A stretch of 64,000 nucleotides of DNA, taken from positions 384,001 to 448,000 of the forward strand of contig CAVVLJ010000016.1 in NCBI GenBank assembly GCA_963749075.1. Reading direction: 5' to 3'. The position numbers were made by a program, and so were the translations under genes. Every line of letters starts with the position of its first letter. Positions within the stretch are counted from its first letter, which is position 1. This document shows positions 30,213 to 39,397 of this stretch, piece after piece. Source of the stretch: an uncultured Pseudomonadota bacterium (GTDB lineage: Bacteria; Pseudomonadota; Alphaproteobacteria; JACZXZ01). The notes beneath the pieces were generated by a model, which was not told where the DNA came from, made no database searches, and worked only from the letters and a program-made list of their open reading frames with translations.

Positions 30213-31367
30213 ATGAACGCCCTCGTTTCCAAGCTGCCGCCGACAGTGCGGCGCTGCCTTGCTGCGGCCGGTTTCCTGGCATTGGCGGCATTCTCAGCCG
30301 GCGGCGCCGGCCACGCGGCGGCGGTCAAGGACTATGGCAAGCCGGGCGAGCCGATCCAGCTCGTCATCGGCTACCAGCCCTACTACACGGAGTCCTGGTC
30401 CGGCGTGATCATGCGCGACCAGAAATTCTACGAGAAATACCTGCCCAAGGGATCGAGCGTCAGCTTCGAGGTCGGGCTCCAGGGCGCCATCATCGTCAAC
30501 GGCATGCTGGCGGGAAAGGTCGACGTGGGCTACGTCGGCGACATGCCGGGCATCGTCGCTACGAGCCATGCCGAGGTGCGCGACATCCGCCTCGTCTCGG
30601 TGCTCGGGCTGGGCTACGACCAGTGCAACGCGTTCCTGGTGCGCACCGATGCGCCCGCGTTCAAGTCGCCCGAGGAGGCGATCAAGTGGCTCGACGGCAA
30701 GATCGTGGCGGTGCCGCAGGGCAGCTGCACGGACCGCTTCGCCCGCGCGGTGTTCAAGAAGTTCAACATCAAGCCCGCCGAATACCTCAACCAGAGCATC
30801 GAGGTGATCACCAGCGGCTTCCGCGCCAAGAAGCTCGATGCGGCCGTGCTGTGGGAGCCGACCGTCTCGCGCCTCATCATGGAGGGTCTCGCCCGCAAGG
30901 TGGCGACCGGCGTCTCGGTCAACGAGAAGGACGGCGGCTTCATGGTGATGCCGGAGGCGCTCGTCGAGCAGCGACCGGACGTGGTCAAGGCCTGGCTCAA
31001 TGCCGAGCTCGACGCGGAGCTCTATTTCGCCGACCCCAAGAACGCCATGGCGGTCGCCAAGATGGCAGAGAGCCAGACCACGGGCTTCCCTGAGAAGACT
31101 CTCTGGTATGCCGCCTACGGCAGCTATCCTGCCGCGGTCGGCGGCACCAACGTGCGCATCGGGCTCGACTACGGCTTCACGGACGACGCCATGGCGCTGA
31201 TCCATAAGGCGGCCGCGTTCCTCTTCGAGATCAAGAGCATCAAGGCCGACTTGCGGCCGGAGGCGGTGCTGCCGCAGTTCACGGCGGAGATCCTCAAGGC
31301 GCGCGGGCTCAAGGCGCCGGTCGGTGAGGTCAAGGCGCTGCCCGATTCGGCCTACACGGGACCCTGA
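30213..31367 (+). CDS. msmE: NitT/TauT-family ABC substrate-binding protein (MsmE-like)
   Basis: Signal peptide; IGYQPYY, GYVGDMP and AAVLWEP motifs; divergent from msmA. Confidence 0.8.
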   Translation: MNALVSKLPPTVRRCLAAAGFLALAAFSAGGAGHAAAVKDYGKPGEPIQLVIGYQPYYTESWSGVIMRDQKFYEKYLPKGSSVSFEVGLQGAIIVNGMLAGKVDVGYVGDMPGIVATSHAEVRDIRLVSVLGLGYDQCNAFLVRTDAPAFKSPEEAIKWLDGKIVAVPQGSCTDRFARAVFKKFNIKPAEYLNQSIEVITSGFRAKKLDAAVLWEPTVSRLIMEGLARKVATGVSVNEKDGGFMVMPEALVEQRPDVVKAWLNAELDAELYFADPKNAMAVAKMAESQTTGFPEKTLWYAAYGSYPAAVGGTNVRIGLDYGFTDDAMALIHKAAAFLFEIKSIKADLRPEAVLPQFTAEILKARGLKAPVGEVKALPDSAYTGP

Positions 31368-31432
31368 TCCAGCGGGCCGCCGGATCGCGAGCGGCGGCCG
31401 GCAGGCATGCGGCGGGAGGGGAGCGGGATCGC

Positions 31433-32833
31433 TTGAAGCAGGGGCAACAGGGTGCGCACGCCGACGCCGGGCACGAGGTCGTGATCGGCCTCCTGCGGCG
31501 GGCCATGCCGTTCCAGGTGGTGGGAGAGGAGCTGCTTGCGCGCATTGCCGGGCTCGCGCGCTTCGCCACCTACGGCAAGGAAGAGACCATCTACCGCGCC
31601 GGCGACGCGGCCGACGACGTCTACATCATCGTCTCCGGCCGCGTCGACCACATCCTCGAGCCGGACGCCAAGGCGTGGAGCGCCATCAAGGAGCTCGGCG
31701 CGGGAGCGGTGTTCGGCTGGGCCGCGGTCCTGCGCTATCACCCCCACCGCCTTGCCACCACCACGGCGCTCGAGCGCACCGAGGTGGTGCGGCTCAACGG
31801 TGCAGCGCTCGTCAGGCTGCTGGCGAGCGAGCCCGAGACCGGCGACGTGGTGATGAGCCGCTTCGCCACCATGATCAACCGCGAGTTCACGGTCCCCGAG
31901 GACGTGGCCGTGCCGCGCCGCATCGCGCGGCCGCCGGGAGAACCGGCAGCGAAGGCGTTGCAGCCGCTGCCAGCGCCGGCTCCGCGCGAAACCACGCGCT
32001 TGGCACTCACCATGTACCGCATGGCGCTCTGGCTGAAGAGCCCGCGGCCCTACCTCATGGTGATCGGCTATAGCCTCTTCCTCGGCGCCTGGTATCTCGC
32101 GGTCCAGGTGTGGAAGCTGCCGCGCTTCGCCGAGATGCCGGGGCTGACCGAGGTGCTCAGCGAGTGGTTCAGCCGCGATCCCGTCTACGGCCTCTCGATC
32201 TACACCCCGGAGTACTATGAGAACATCTGGGTGAGCGTCGAGCGCGTGACCGTCGCCTTCTTTCTGGCGACCGCGATCGGCGTGCCGCTCGGCCTCTTTC
32301 TCGGCTGGTCCGAGCGCTTCAAGGACCATGTCTTTCCCGTCTTCGAGCTCTTGCGTCCGGTGCCGCCGCTCGCCTGGGTGCCGCTCGCCATCATCATGTT
32401 CAAGGGCTCGGAGACGCCGATCATCTTCCTCACCTTCCTCGCCTCGTTCTACGCGACGGCGCTCAACACCATGCTCGGCGTCGAATCGATCGACCAGTCC
32501 TACGTGCGCGCCGCCTATTGCCTGGGCGCCAAGCGCTGGCAGGTCTTCGGCCACGTCATCGTGCCCGGCTCCATGCCCTTCATCTTCACCGGCCTGCAGA
32601 TCTCGGTCGGCGTCGCCTGGTTCTCGCTGGTGGCGGCCGAGATGGTATCGGGCCAGTACGGCCTCGGCTACGTGATCAACACCTCCTACACCATGGTGCG
32701 CTATCCGACGATCGTCATCGGCATGTTCACGCTGGGCATCGTCGGCTACGTCACCTCGGCCGGCGTGCGCGTCGTCGGCCACTACCTCATGCAATGGCGC
32801 GTGCGCGAGCGGGCGCTCGGGGGCGAGCTGTGA
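31433..32833 (+). CDS. Fusion of an N-terminal cNMP-binding-type domain and a NitT/TauT ABC permease (MsmF-like)
   Basis: IYRAGDAADDVYIIVSGRV..VFGWAAV..RLATT domain, a Pro-rich linker, then LRPVPPLAWVPL and AAEMV permease motifs in one frame. Confidence 0.85.
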   Translation: MKQGQQGAHADAGHEVVIGLLRRAMPFQVVGEELLARIAGLARFATYGKEETIYRAGDAADDVYIIVSGRVDHILEPDAKAWSAIKELGAGAVFGWAAVLRYHPHRLATTTALERTEVVRLNGAALVRLLASEPETGDVVMSRFATMINREFTVPEDVAVPRRIARPPGEPAAKALQPLPAPAPRETTRLALTMYRMALWLKSPRPYLMVIGYSLFLGAWYLAVQVWKLPRFAEMPGLTEVLSEWFSRDPVYGLSIYTPEYYENIWVSVERVTVAFFLATAIGVPLGLFLGWSERFKDHVFPVFELLRPVPPLAWVPLAIIMFKGSETPIIFLTFLASFYATALNTMLGVESIDQSYVRAAYCLGAKRWQVFGHVIVPGSMPFIFTGLQISVGVAWFSLVAAEMVSGQYGLGYVINTSYTMVRYPTIVIGMFTLGIVGYVTSAGVRVVGHYLMQWRVRERALGGEL

Positions 32834-33679
32834 GAGCGGGCCCCACGGCAGAGCGCGGTGGCAAGGGTGCTATCAGCATCGTCGATGCGGTCAAGGTCTA
32901 CAACCCCGAGGGTGCCGCCGTGCTCGCCGTCGACCACTGCACGCTCGACGTGCCGGCGGGCGAGATCTCGGTCGTCGTCGGACCGTCCGGCTGCGGCAAG
33001 ACTACGCTGCTCAACGCCATCGCGGGATTCCACAGCCTGAGCTCGGGCGCCATCTATCTCGACGGCGAGCTCCTCTGCGGACCGGGGAAGCCCCAGGCGT
33101 CGCCCGGTCCCGACCGCATCGTCGTCTTCCAGAACGGCGCGCTCTTTCCCTGGAAGACCAATCTCGACAACGTCGCCTTCGGCCCCATCGTGCAGGGCCG
33201 GCTCAGCCGCAAGGAGGCCTACGAGAAGGCGCGCGGCATGATGGCCGACGCGGGGCTCAGCGGCAGCGAGAAGAACTACCCCGGGGAGATCTCCTCGGGC
33301 GTGCGGCGGCGGGTCGAGATCGTGCGCGCGCTGATGAACGATCCCAAGGTGCTGCTGCTCGACGAGCCCTACCGCGCGCTCGAACTCGCTGACCAAATCC
33401 GTGATGCACGAATCGCTCCTCGAGATCTTCTACCGCAACCGCGTGACGATCTTCTTCATCACCCACGACCTCGACGAGGCGATCTTCCTCGGCCACCGCG
33501 TCGTGATCATGACGACGCGGCCGTGCAGGCCCAAGAAGATACTCGACATCGACATCCCGCATCCGCGCGACTACAGCGTGTTGACGACGAAGCGCTACCG
33601 GGAGATCCTCGACGAGACGGCGGAGGCCGTGCACGAGGAGGCCCGCAAGGCCTTCGCCGCGGGCGAGAAGGAAGGTTGA
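32830..33679 (+). CDS. NitT/TauT ABC ATPase (MsmG-like); apparent 1-nt frameshift at ~33383
   Basis: GPSGCGKT, ISSGVRRR and LLLDEPY, then after the shift DSLTKSVMHE..FITHDLDEA. Confidence 0.85.
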
Positions 33680-33687
33680 GACCCGCC

Positions 33688-34527
33688 ATGATCCCAGCAC
33701 TCGGCGCCGCGAGGAAGCACCTCGGCAGCAGCAAGGTGCGGCGGGGCGCCCTCTCGCTCGCCGCCTTCCTCGTTCTCTGGGAGATCGGCTCGCGCTCGGG
33801 ACAATGGTTCGGCGTGCCCATGCCCTGGGTCGGCCAGGTGCCGGCCCCGAGCACGGTCGCGGCGACGCTTGCCGTGCTGGTGCAGACTCCCGGCTATTGG
33901 CAGAGCTGGTATCTCAGCACGTTCAGGGTCTTCGAGGGCTTCACCGCCGGCCTCCTCATCGGCATTCCGCTCGGCCTTGCCATGGCGGTGAGCCGCACCT
34001 TCTACGGCATCGTCTTCCCCACCTTCGAGGTGCTGCGCCCCATCCCGCCGCTCGCCTGGGTGCCGGCCTCGATCATCTTCTGGCCGACCCAGGAGCTCTC
34101 CATCGCTTTCGTGACCTTCCTCGGCGCCTTCTACACCATCGTCATCAACGTCATCGGCGGCGCCCAGGCGATCGACGTGCGCTACTTCCAGGCGGCGCGC
34201 TCCATGGGCTCCTCGAGCTGGGACATCTTCCGGCGCATCATCCTCCCCGGCACGCTGCCCTCGATCGTGGTGGGCGCCACCGTCGGCATGGGGATCACCT
34301 GGGCCGTGGTGGTGGCGGCGGAGATGATCTCGGGCGGCGGCAGTGCGGGCTCCATGGGCGGGGCCGCCGGCGGCGGGCTCGGCTTCTTCATCTGGAACTC
34401 CTACGTCGGCGGCTCCTACAACCAGATCGTCGTGGGCATGATCAGCATCGGCATTGCCGGCTATCTCTCGAGCGCCTTCTTGCGCAAGCTCGGCGAGATG
34501 GTCACGCCGTGGCTGCGGCAACGCTGA
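33688..34527 (+). CDS. NitT/TauT ABC permease (MsmH-like)
   Basis: LRPIPPLAWVP, QAARSMG and VVAAEMI motifs. Confidence 0.88.
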   Translation: MIPALGAARKHLGSSKVRRGALSLAAFLVLWEIGSRSGQWFGVPMPWVGQVPAPSTVAATLAVLVQTPGYWQSWYLSTFRVFEGFTAGLLIGIPLGLAMAVSRTFYGIVFPTFEVLRPIPPLAWVPASIIFWPTQELSIAFVTFLGAFYTIVINVIGGAQAIDVRYFQAARSMGSSSWDIFRRIILPGTLPSIVVGATVGMGITWAVVVAAEMISGGGSAGSMGGAAGGGLGFFIWNSYVGGSYNQIVVGMISIGIAGYLSSAFLRKLGEMVTPWLRQR

Positions 34528-35402
34528 TGGCGCCGCCCGAGGCATCGCCCCAGGCGCCGGCCGACGGCCAGATCGAGGTCGAGGGTCTCGACAAGACCTA
34601 CGGCGCCAAGTCCTTCGCCAAGACGGTGGTGCACGGCTGCTCCTTCACCGTCGAGCGCGGCAAGCTCACCGTGATGATCGGCCCCTCGGGCTGCGGCAAG
34701 AGCACGCTCATCCGCCTCATCTCCGGCTTCGAGCGGCCGAGTGCGGGTCACATCGCGATCGACGGCAAGCCGGTCACCGGCCCGGGCCGCGACCGCCTCG
34801 TCGTCTTCCAGGAGACGGCGCTCTTTCCCTGGATGACGACCTACGAGAACATCATGTACGGGCCGCGCGCGCGCGGCGAGGACAACCGCGAGAGCCGCGC
34901 GCTCGCCGAGTTCCTCCTCGACAAGGTGGGGCTTACGGCGTTCCGCCACAAATATCCCCCGCAGCTCTCGGGCGGCATGCAGCGGCGCGCCGAGCTCGCC
35001 CGCGCCATGATCAACAACCCGCGCGTCATGATCCTCGACGAGCCGTTCCGCGGGCTCGACGCCATGACCAAGCGCCTGATGCAGGAGTATTACGCCAAGC
35101 TCTACGAGGAATCGCGGCGCACCACCTTCTTCGTCACCACCGACATCGACGAGGCGATCTATCTCGCCGACCGCATCCTCGTCATGACCAACATCCCGAC
35201 GCGCGTGCGCGCCGTGCTCGAGGTCGATCTGCCGCGCCCGCGCCAGCTCCTCGCCGTCGTCGACGACGACCGCGCCAATGCCATCAAGATGGAGGCCTTG
35301 ACGCTGCTCCACGAGGAGGCGATGAAATCCTTCGCCGGCGGCAGCAAGGCGGCGGCCGACTTCGTCGAGGCCTACGCGCGGCGCATCAAGACGGCGGGCT
35401 GA
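34527..35402 (+). CDS. Second NitT/TauT ABC ATPase
   Basis: GPSGCGKS, LSGGMQRR and ILDEPF motifs. The H-loop reads VTTD rather than THD. Confidence 0.88.
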   Translation: MAPPEASPQAPADGQIEVEGLDKTYGAKSFAKTVVHGCSFTVERGKLTVMIGPSGCGKSTLIRLISGFERPSAGHIAIDGKPVTGPGRDRLVVFQETALFPWMTTYENIMYGPRARGEDNRESRALAEFLLDKVGLTAFRHKYPPQLSGGMQRRAELARAMINNPRVMILDEPFRGLDAMTKRLMQEYYAKLYEESRRTTFFVTTDIDEAIYLADRILVMTNIPTRVRAVLEVDLPRPRQLLAVVDDDRANAIKMEALTLLHEEAMKSFAGGSKAAADFVEAYARRIKTAG

Positions 35403-35423
35403 GGGCGTCCTGCTGGCCGCACC

Positions 35424-36365
35424 TCAGCCGGCCTTGGCAGCCGGCGTGCGCGGCGGGTGCAGCAGGCGGCCGAGCTCGCCGCTCTCGCAGAGCGACTTGA
35501 GGAGCGTGTAGATCGCCTTGGCCATGGGCAGCATGGGGTCGCCCTCGACCCAGACCAGCCCGACCTCGCGCACCACGTCGGGCTCGACGAGCGGAACGAT
35601 GCGCGTCCTGGGGAAGGCGCCGATGACGTGGACGAAATGCTCGGGGATGATGGTGGCGAGGCCGCCGTTCATGGTGTGGAAGGCGAGGTTGACGATCGAA
35701 TCCGATTCCATGCGCGCCGTCGGCGCAGTACCGGCGGCGGCGAAGGCGGAATCGATGATCTGGCGCTCGTGCATGTGCGAGGGCAGGAGCGCCAGCGGCA
35801 GCGCCGCGGCCTCGGCCCAGCTCACGCTCTCGCCGGCCGGGAAATCCGCGCTGTCGGGGACGAGGAGGCTCAGATGCTCGCGGTAGAGCGGGTAGCTCGC
35901 GAGCGGCACGGGCTGCTTCTGGTCGGTGTAGGTGATGCCCACGTCGAGATCGAAATTGGCGAGCTTGACGCGCATCTCCTCGAGGCCGAGGAAGCTCACC
36001 TGGAAACGCACGCCCGGATGGCGCTTGGCGAACTGGCGGTCGATGAAGGGGAGGATGGGCGAGCAGGTCGGCATGGCGCCGAGGCGCAGCTGGCCCGAGA
36101 GGTTGCGCCGCAGCACGGAGAGCTCCTGCAGCATGGAATTGCGGTCCGCGATGATGCGCTTCGCCCATTCCACGACGCGCAGGCCTTCGGCGGTGAAGCC
36201 CTGAAAGCGCTGGTGGCGTAGGACGACCGGCGTGCCGAGCTCCTCCTCGAGCTGCTTGATCGCATTGGAGAGGCTCGGCTGGGAGACGTTGCAGTGCTGC
36301 GCCGCCCGGCTGAAATGCCGCAGCTGGGACAAGGCCACGAGATATTCCAGCTGGCGGATGAACAT
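35424..36365 (-). CDS. LysR family transcriptional regulator
   Basis: HTH LRHFSRAAQHCNVSQPSLSNAIKQLEEELG; GQLRLGAMPT. Confidence 0.93.
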   Translation of the reverse strand: MFIRQLEYLVALSQLRHFSRAAQHCNVSQPSLSNAIKQLEEELGTPVVLRHQRFQGFTAEGLRVVEWAKRIIADRNSMLQELSVLRRNLSGQLRLGAMPTCSPILPFIDRQFAKRHPGVRFQVSFLGLEEMRVKLANFDLDVGITYTDQKQPVPLASYPLYREHLSLLVPDSADFPAGESVSWAEAAALPLALLPSHMHERQIIDSAFAAAGTAPTARMESDSIVNLAFHTMNGGLATIIPEHFVHVIGAFPRTRIVPLVEPDVVREVGLVWVEGDPMLPMAKAIYTLLKSLCESGELGRLLHPPRTPAAKAG

Positions 36366-36491
36366 CGGGCGTTTTCCGTGGGCCACGGCCGCGCATGCCG
36401 CTGCGGCCACCTTAGGGGACTTCGCGGCACTTTGCCATTGCCGAGTGGCGCCGGCAACGGGCGCAGTACCCGGCGTGCGCGCGGCGCGCGC

Positions 36492-37241
36492 ATGACGCTC
36501 TTCGTCATAGCGCTCGCCCTCGTCTCGGGCCTCCTCATCGGCTGCGTCGGCATCGGCGGCGTCCTCCTGGTGCCGGGCCTGAGCCTCGCGGGCGTGCCCG
36601 TGCATGACGCGATCGCCGCGAGCATGCTCTGCTATCTCTTCAGCGGCGGCATCGCGGTCGTCATCTACGCGCGCGCGGGCTCGATCGCCTGGACCTCCGC
36701 GGCCTGGCTCGGCCTCGGCGCCATGCCGGGCGCCTTCGCGGGCGCCGTGCTCGCGAATGCGGTCGGCGGCGAGGTGCTGCTCCTCCTCATCGGCGTCGCG
36801 GTGCTGTTCTCCGGCCTGCGCTCCCTGGGCCTCTCGCGCGCCGCCGTGGCGGGCGAGGGGCGGGCGCTCGGCGCCGCTCCCCTCGCGGTCATCGGCGCCG
36901 CGGTCGGCTTCGGCTCGGCCTTGACCGGCACCGGCGGCCCGGTGCTCCTCGTCCCGCTCCTCATGTGGTTCCGCCTGCCGGTCCTCTTCGTGGTCGGCTT
37001 GAGCCAGGCGATCCAGGTGCCGATCGCGGCACTCGCCACCATCGGCAACTTGCTCTACGGCCGGCTCGATCCCGCCCTCGCGGCATGGCTGAGCCTCGGC
37101 GTCGTGGCCGGCTCGGCGGTGGGGGCACGCATTGCGCACGCGCTGCCGCGCACGGCACTCGTCCGCCTCGTCGGGCTGGTGCTGCTCGCGGTCGGTGCCC
37201 TCCTCATCCTGCGCACGCGCCATCTGGCGTTCGCCGGCTGA
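36492..37241 (+). CDS. Sulfite exporter TauE/SafE family protein
   Basis: GLLIGCVGIGG..LVP and SALTGTGGP..LVP repeats; highly hydrophobic. Confidence 0.85.
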   Translation: MTLFVIALALVSGLLIGCVGIGGVLLVPGLSLAGVPVHDAIAASMLCYLFSGGIAVVIYARAGSIAWTSAAWLGLGAMPGAFAGAVLANAVGGEVLLLLIGVAVLFSGLRSLGLSRAAVAGEGRALGAAPLAVIGAAVGFGSALTGTGGPVLLVPLLMWFRLPVLFVVGLSQAIQVPIAALATIGNLLYGRLDPALAAWLSLGVVAGSAVGARIAHALPRTALVRLVGLVLLAVGALLILRTRHLAFAG

Positions 37242-38278
37242 TGGGGCTACGTAGCGAACTGGCGCGCGCCGGCATAGCGCTCGACTACGGCGACGCGGCG
37301 GGCGAGGCCAGCGCCTGCCGCGCCGCGGCGGCGCTCTTCGATTTCAGCTTCATGTCGCGCGCGCGGGTGAGCGGCCCCGGCGCCCTTCGCCTCCTCGCGC
37401 GCTTGACGCCGCGTCCGCTCGCCGATCTGCCAGCGGGCCGCATCCGCTACGCGTTTGCTCTCGATCGCCACGGCTCGGTCGTGGCCGACCTCACGGTCTG
37501 GTGCCTCGAGCGGGGGCGCTACGAGCTCATGAGCGGCCGCCACGAGGAGATTGCAACGCTCGCGGCATGGGCGGCCGACGCCGCCGCGGTCGAGGACCTC
37601 TCGGCGGAGAGCGCCGTCCTTGCCGTGCAGGGCCCGGCGAGCCTGGCAGCGCTTGCCGCCCTCGCTCCCGGCGAGGCGCTCGCGGCCATCCCCTATTTCG
37701 GCCATGCGGCGCTCGAGCTTGCCGGCATTTCCTGCCGCGTGGGGCGGCTCGGCTATACGGGTGAGCGCGGCTTCGAGATCCTGTTGCCGCGGAGCGCGCG
37801 CGCCGAGATCTGGCAGGCCCTCGCCGCGCGGGTGCGGCCGGCCGGCTTCGCCGCCGCGGACATCCTGCGCATCGAGGCGGGCTTCCTCCTCTTCGCCAAC
37901 GAGCTCGCCTTTCCCGTCACGGCAGGCGAGCTCGGGCTCGAGCGCTACGCGGCCGAAAGCGCCGCACCTCGCCGCGTCCGCCTCGCCGCCTTCCGCGCCC
38001 GCGCCGATCGTCGCCCGATCTTGCCGCCGCCGCCGCCGCCCGCTGCGGCGTTCCCGCCGCGGCCAGGCGAGATCGTCGCAACCTCGGCCTGCTGGAGCCC
38101 CCATGCGGCGGGCGTGCTCGGCCTCGGCTATGTGCGCGCGGAGGAGCCGGCCTGCGCCGGCCTCCTCGATGGCAGCAGGCGCTTCCATGCCGTCGAGGAG
38201 GTGGCGCTGCCGTTCCACGACCCGGCCAAGCGGCGGCCGCGCGGTGGCTGGCGGTGCGGCGATCGGATGCCCGAGTGA
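37241..38278 (+). CDS. Aminomethyltransferase (GcvT-like folate-binding) family protein
   Basis: LFDFSFM, LAVQGP, RLGYTGERGFE and LRIEAG motifs; TGATG coupling to tauE. Confidence 0.82.
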   Translation: MGLRSELARAGIALDYGDAAGEASACRAAAALFDFSFMSRARVSGPGALRLLARLTPRPLADLPAGRIRYAFALDRHGSVVADLTVWCLERGRYELMSGRHEEIATLAAWAADAAAVEDLSAESAVLAVQGPASLAALAALAPGEALAAIPYFGHAALELAGISCRVGRLGYTGERGFEILLPRSARAEIWQALAARVRPAGFAAADILRIEAGFLLFANELAFPVTAGELGLERYAAESAAPRRVRLAAFRARADRRPILPPPPPPAAAFPPRPGEIVATSACWSPHAAGVLGLGYVRAEEPACAGLLDGSRRFHAVEEVALPFHDPAKRRPRGGWRCGDRMPE

Positions 38279-38297
38279 GGGCGGCAGCCGCCGTCAT

Positions 38298-38337
38298 TGA
38301 TAGGGTCGATCAGGTCATTCCAGGCTTGTCTTTGACT
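38298..38337 (+). promoter_or_regulatory. Putative LysR-type operator and -35 upstream of the PanB-like gene
   Basis: TGAT-N7-ATCA palindrome (38298-38312) followed by TTGACT (38332-38337). Confidence 0.4.
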
Positions 38338-38412
38338 TGCTCGCCGGCCCGCTCGTACCCTTCGCGGCACAAACGGCATGGCATTCGCGCCGGGAACAAG
38401 GGAGGAATGGCA

Positions 38413-39363
38413 ATGAGCGCGCCCGCAGCGGCGCTGGCCCAGGCGCCGGCGCGCAGGAAGGTGACGATCAACTCGCTCATGGCGAAGATGCGCCGAAACG
38501 AGGCGATCGTGCAGATGGCGGTCTACGACTACCGCAGTGCGGTCATCGCCGACCGCCTCGGCATCGACATCCTCTGCGTCTCCGACACCGGCGGCATGGT
38601 GCTGTTCGGCCACCGCAGCACGGTAACGGTAAGCTTCGAGGAGGTCATGTTCATGGCCCAGGCAGTCGACCGCGGCTCGCGCTACGGGATGCGCATGGTC
38701 GACATGCCCTACTGGAGCTTTCACGTCTCGCGCGAGCAGGCGGTTGAGAACGCCGGCAAGTTCGTCTCCCAGGCCAATGCCGAGGTGATGAAGTGCGAGG
38801 GCAACAAGCACCACGTGCCCGCCATCGAGGCCATCATCAAGGCCGGCATCCCCGTGCAGGGCCACATCGGCATCACGCCCATGCGCATGCCGCAGTTGGG
38901 CGGCTTCGTGGCCCAGGGCAAGACGGCGGAGCGCGCGGCGGAGCTCGTGGAGGACGCGCGGCTCATGGTCGAGGCCGGCTGCTTCTCCATCCTCTGCGAG
39001 GTGACGACCGAGGATGTCTGCCGCTTTCTCACCGAGACGCTGCCGGTGCCGGTCGTCAGCCTCGGCGCCGGCAACAAGGCGCACGGCGTCCACATCATCA
39101 CCTCCGACCTCTTCCACCTCTACGAGGAGCACACGCCGCGGCACTCGAAGATTTACACCGACCTCATCCCGATCATCGAGGACGTCTACACCCGCTACGC
39201 CAACGACGTGCGCGCGCGCACCTATCCCGGCCCCGAGCACACGGTCTATATGACGCCCCAGGAGCTCGAGCGCTTCGCCAAGAAGGTCGCCTGGACGAAC
39301 CCGCCGATCGCCGAGGCCGAGGAGCGCGAGAAGGCCAAGCGCAGCAGCAAGGCAGCGGAATAG
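38413..39363 (+). CDS. panB: Ketopantoate hydroxymethyltransferase-like protein (divergent PanB)
   Basis: AVYDY, VSDTGGM, VDMPY, KCEG, GHIGITP and SLGAG motifs; GGAGGA RBS. Confidence 0.78.
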   Translation: MSAPAAALAQAPARRKVTINSLMAKMRRNEAIVQMAVYDYRSAVIADRLGIDILCVSDTGGMVLFGHRSTVTVSFEEVMFMAQAVDRGSRYGMRMVDMPYWSFHVSREQAVENAGKFVSQANAEVMKCEGNKHHVPAIEAIIKAGIPVQGHIGITPMRMPQLGGFVAQGKTAERAAELVEDARLMVEAGCFSILCEVTTEDVCRFLTETLPVPVVSLGAGNKAHGVHIITSDLFHLYEEHTPRHSKIYTDLIPIIEDVYTRYANDVRARTYPGPEHTVYMTPQELERFAKKVAWTNPPIAEAEEREKAKRSSKAAE

Positions 39364-39397
39364 GCGGGCGGCGCGGCGGAAGCTCTATGGCGGCGTC

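Noticed and set aside
32518-34527. 669-aa apparent ATPase-permease fusion
   Set aside because: It is an artefact of the frameshift at ~33383; the ATPase C-terminus is in another frame ending at 33679.
38023-38041. CCG triplet run (poly-Pro) in the GcvT-like gene, and a similar run at ~22440
   Set aside because: These are in-frame low-complexity linkers common in GC-rich genes, with no evidence of phase variation.
38374-38388. Sigma-54 -24/-12-like CGGCATGGCATTCGC before panB
   Set aside because: It is an imperfect match that would put the TSS at the RBS, and no enhancer-binding protein gene is nearby.
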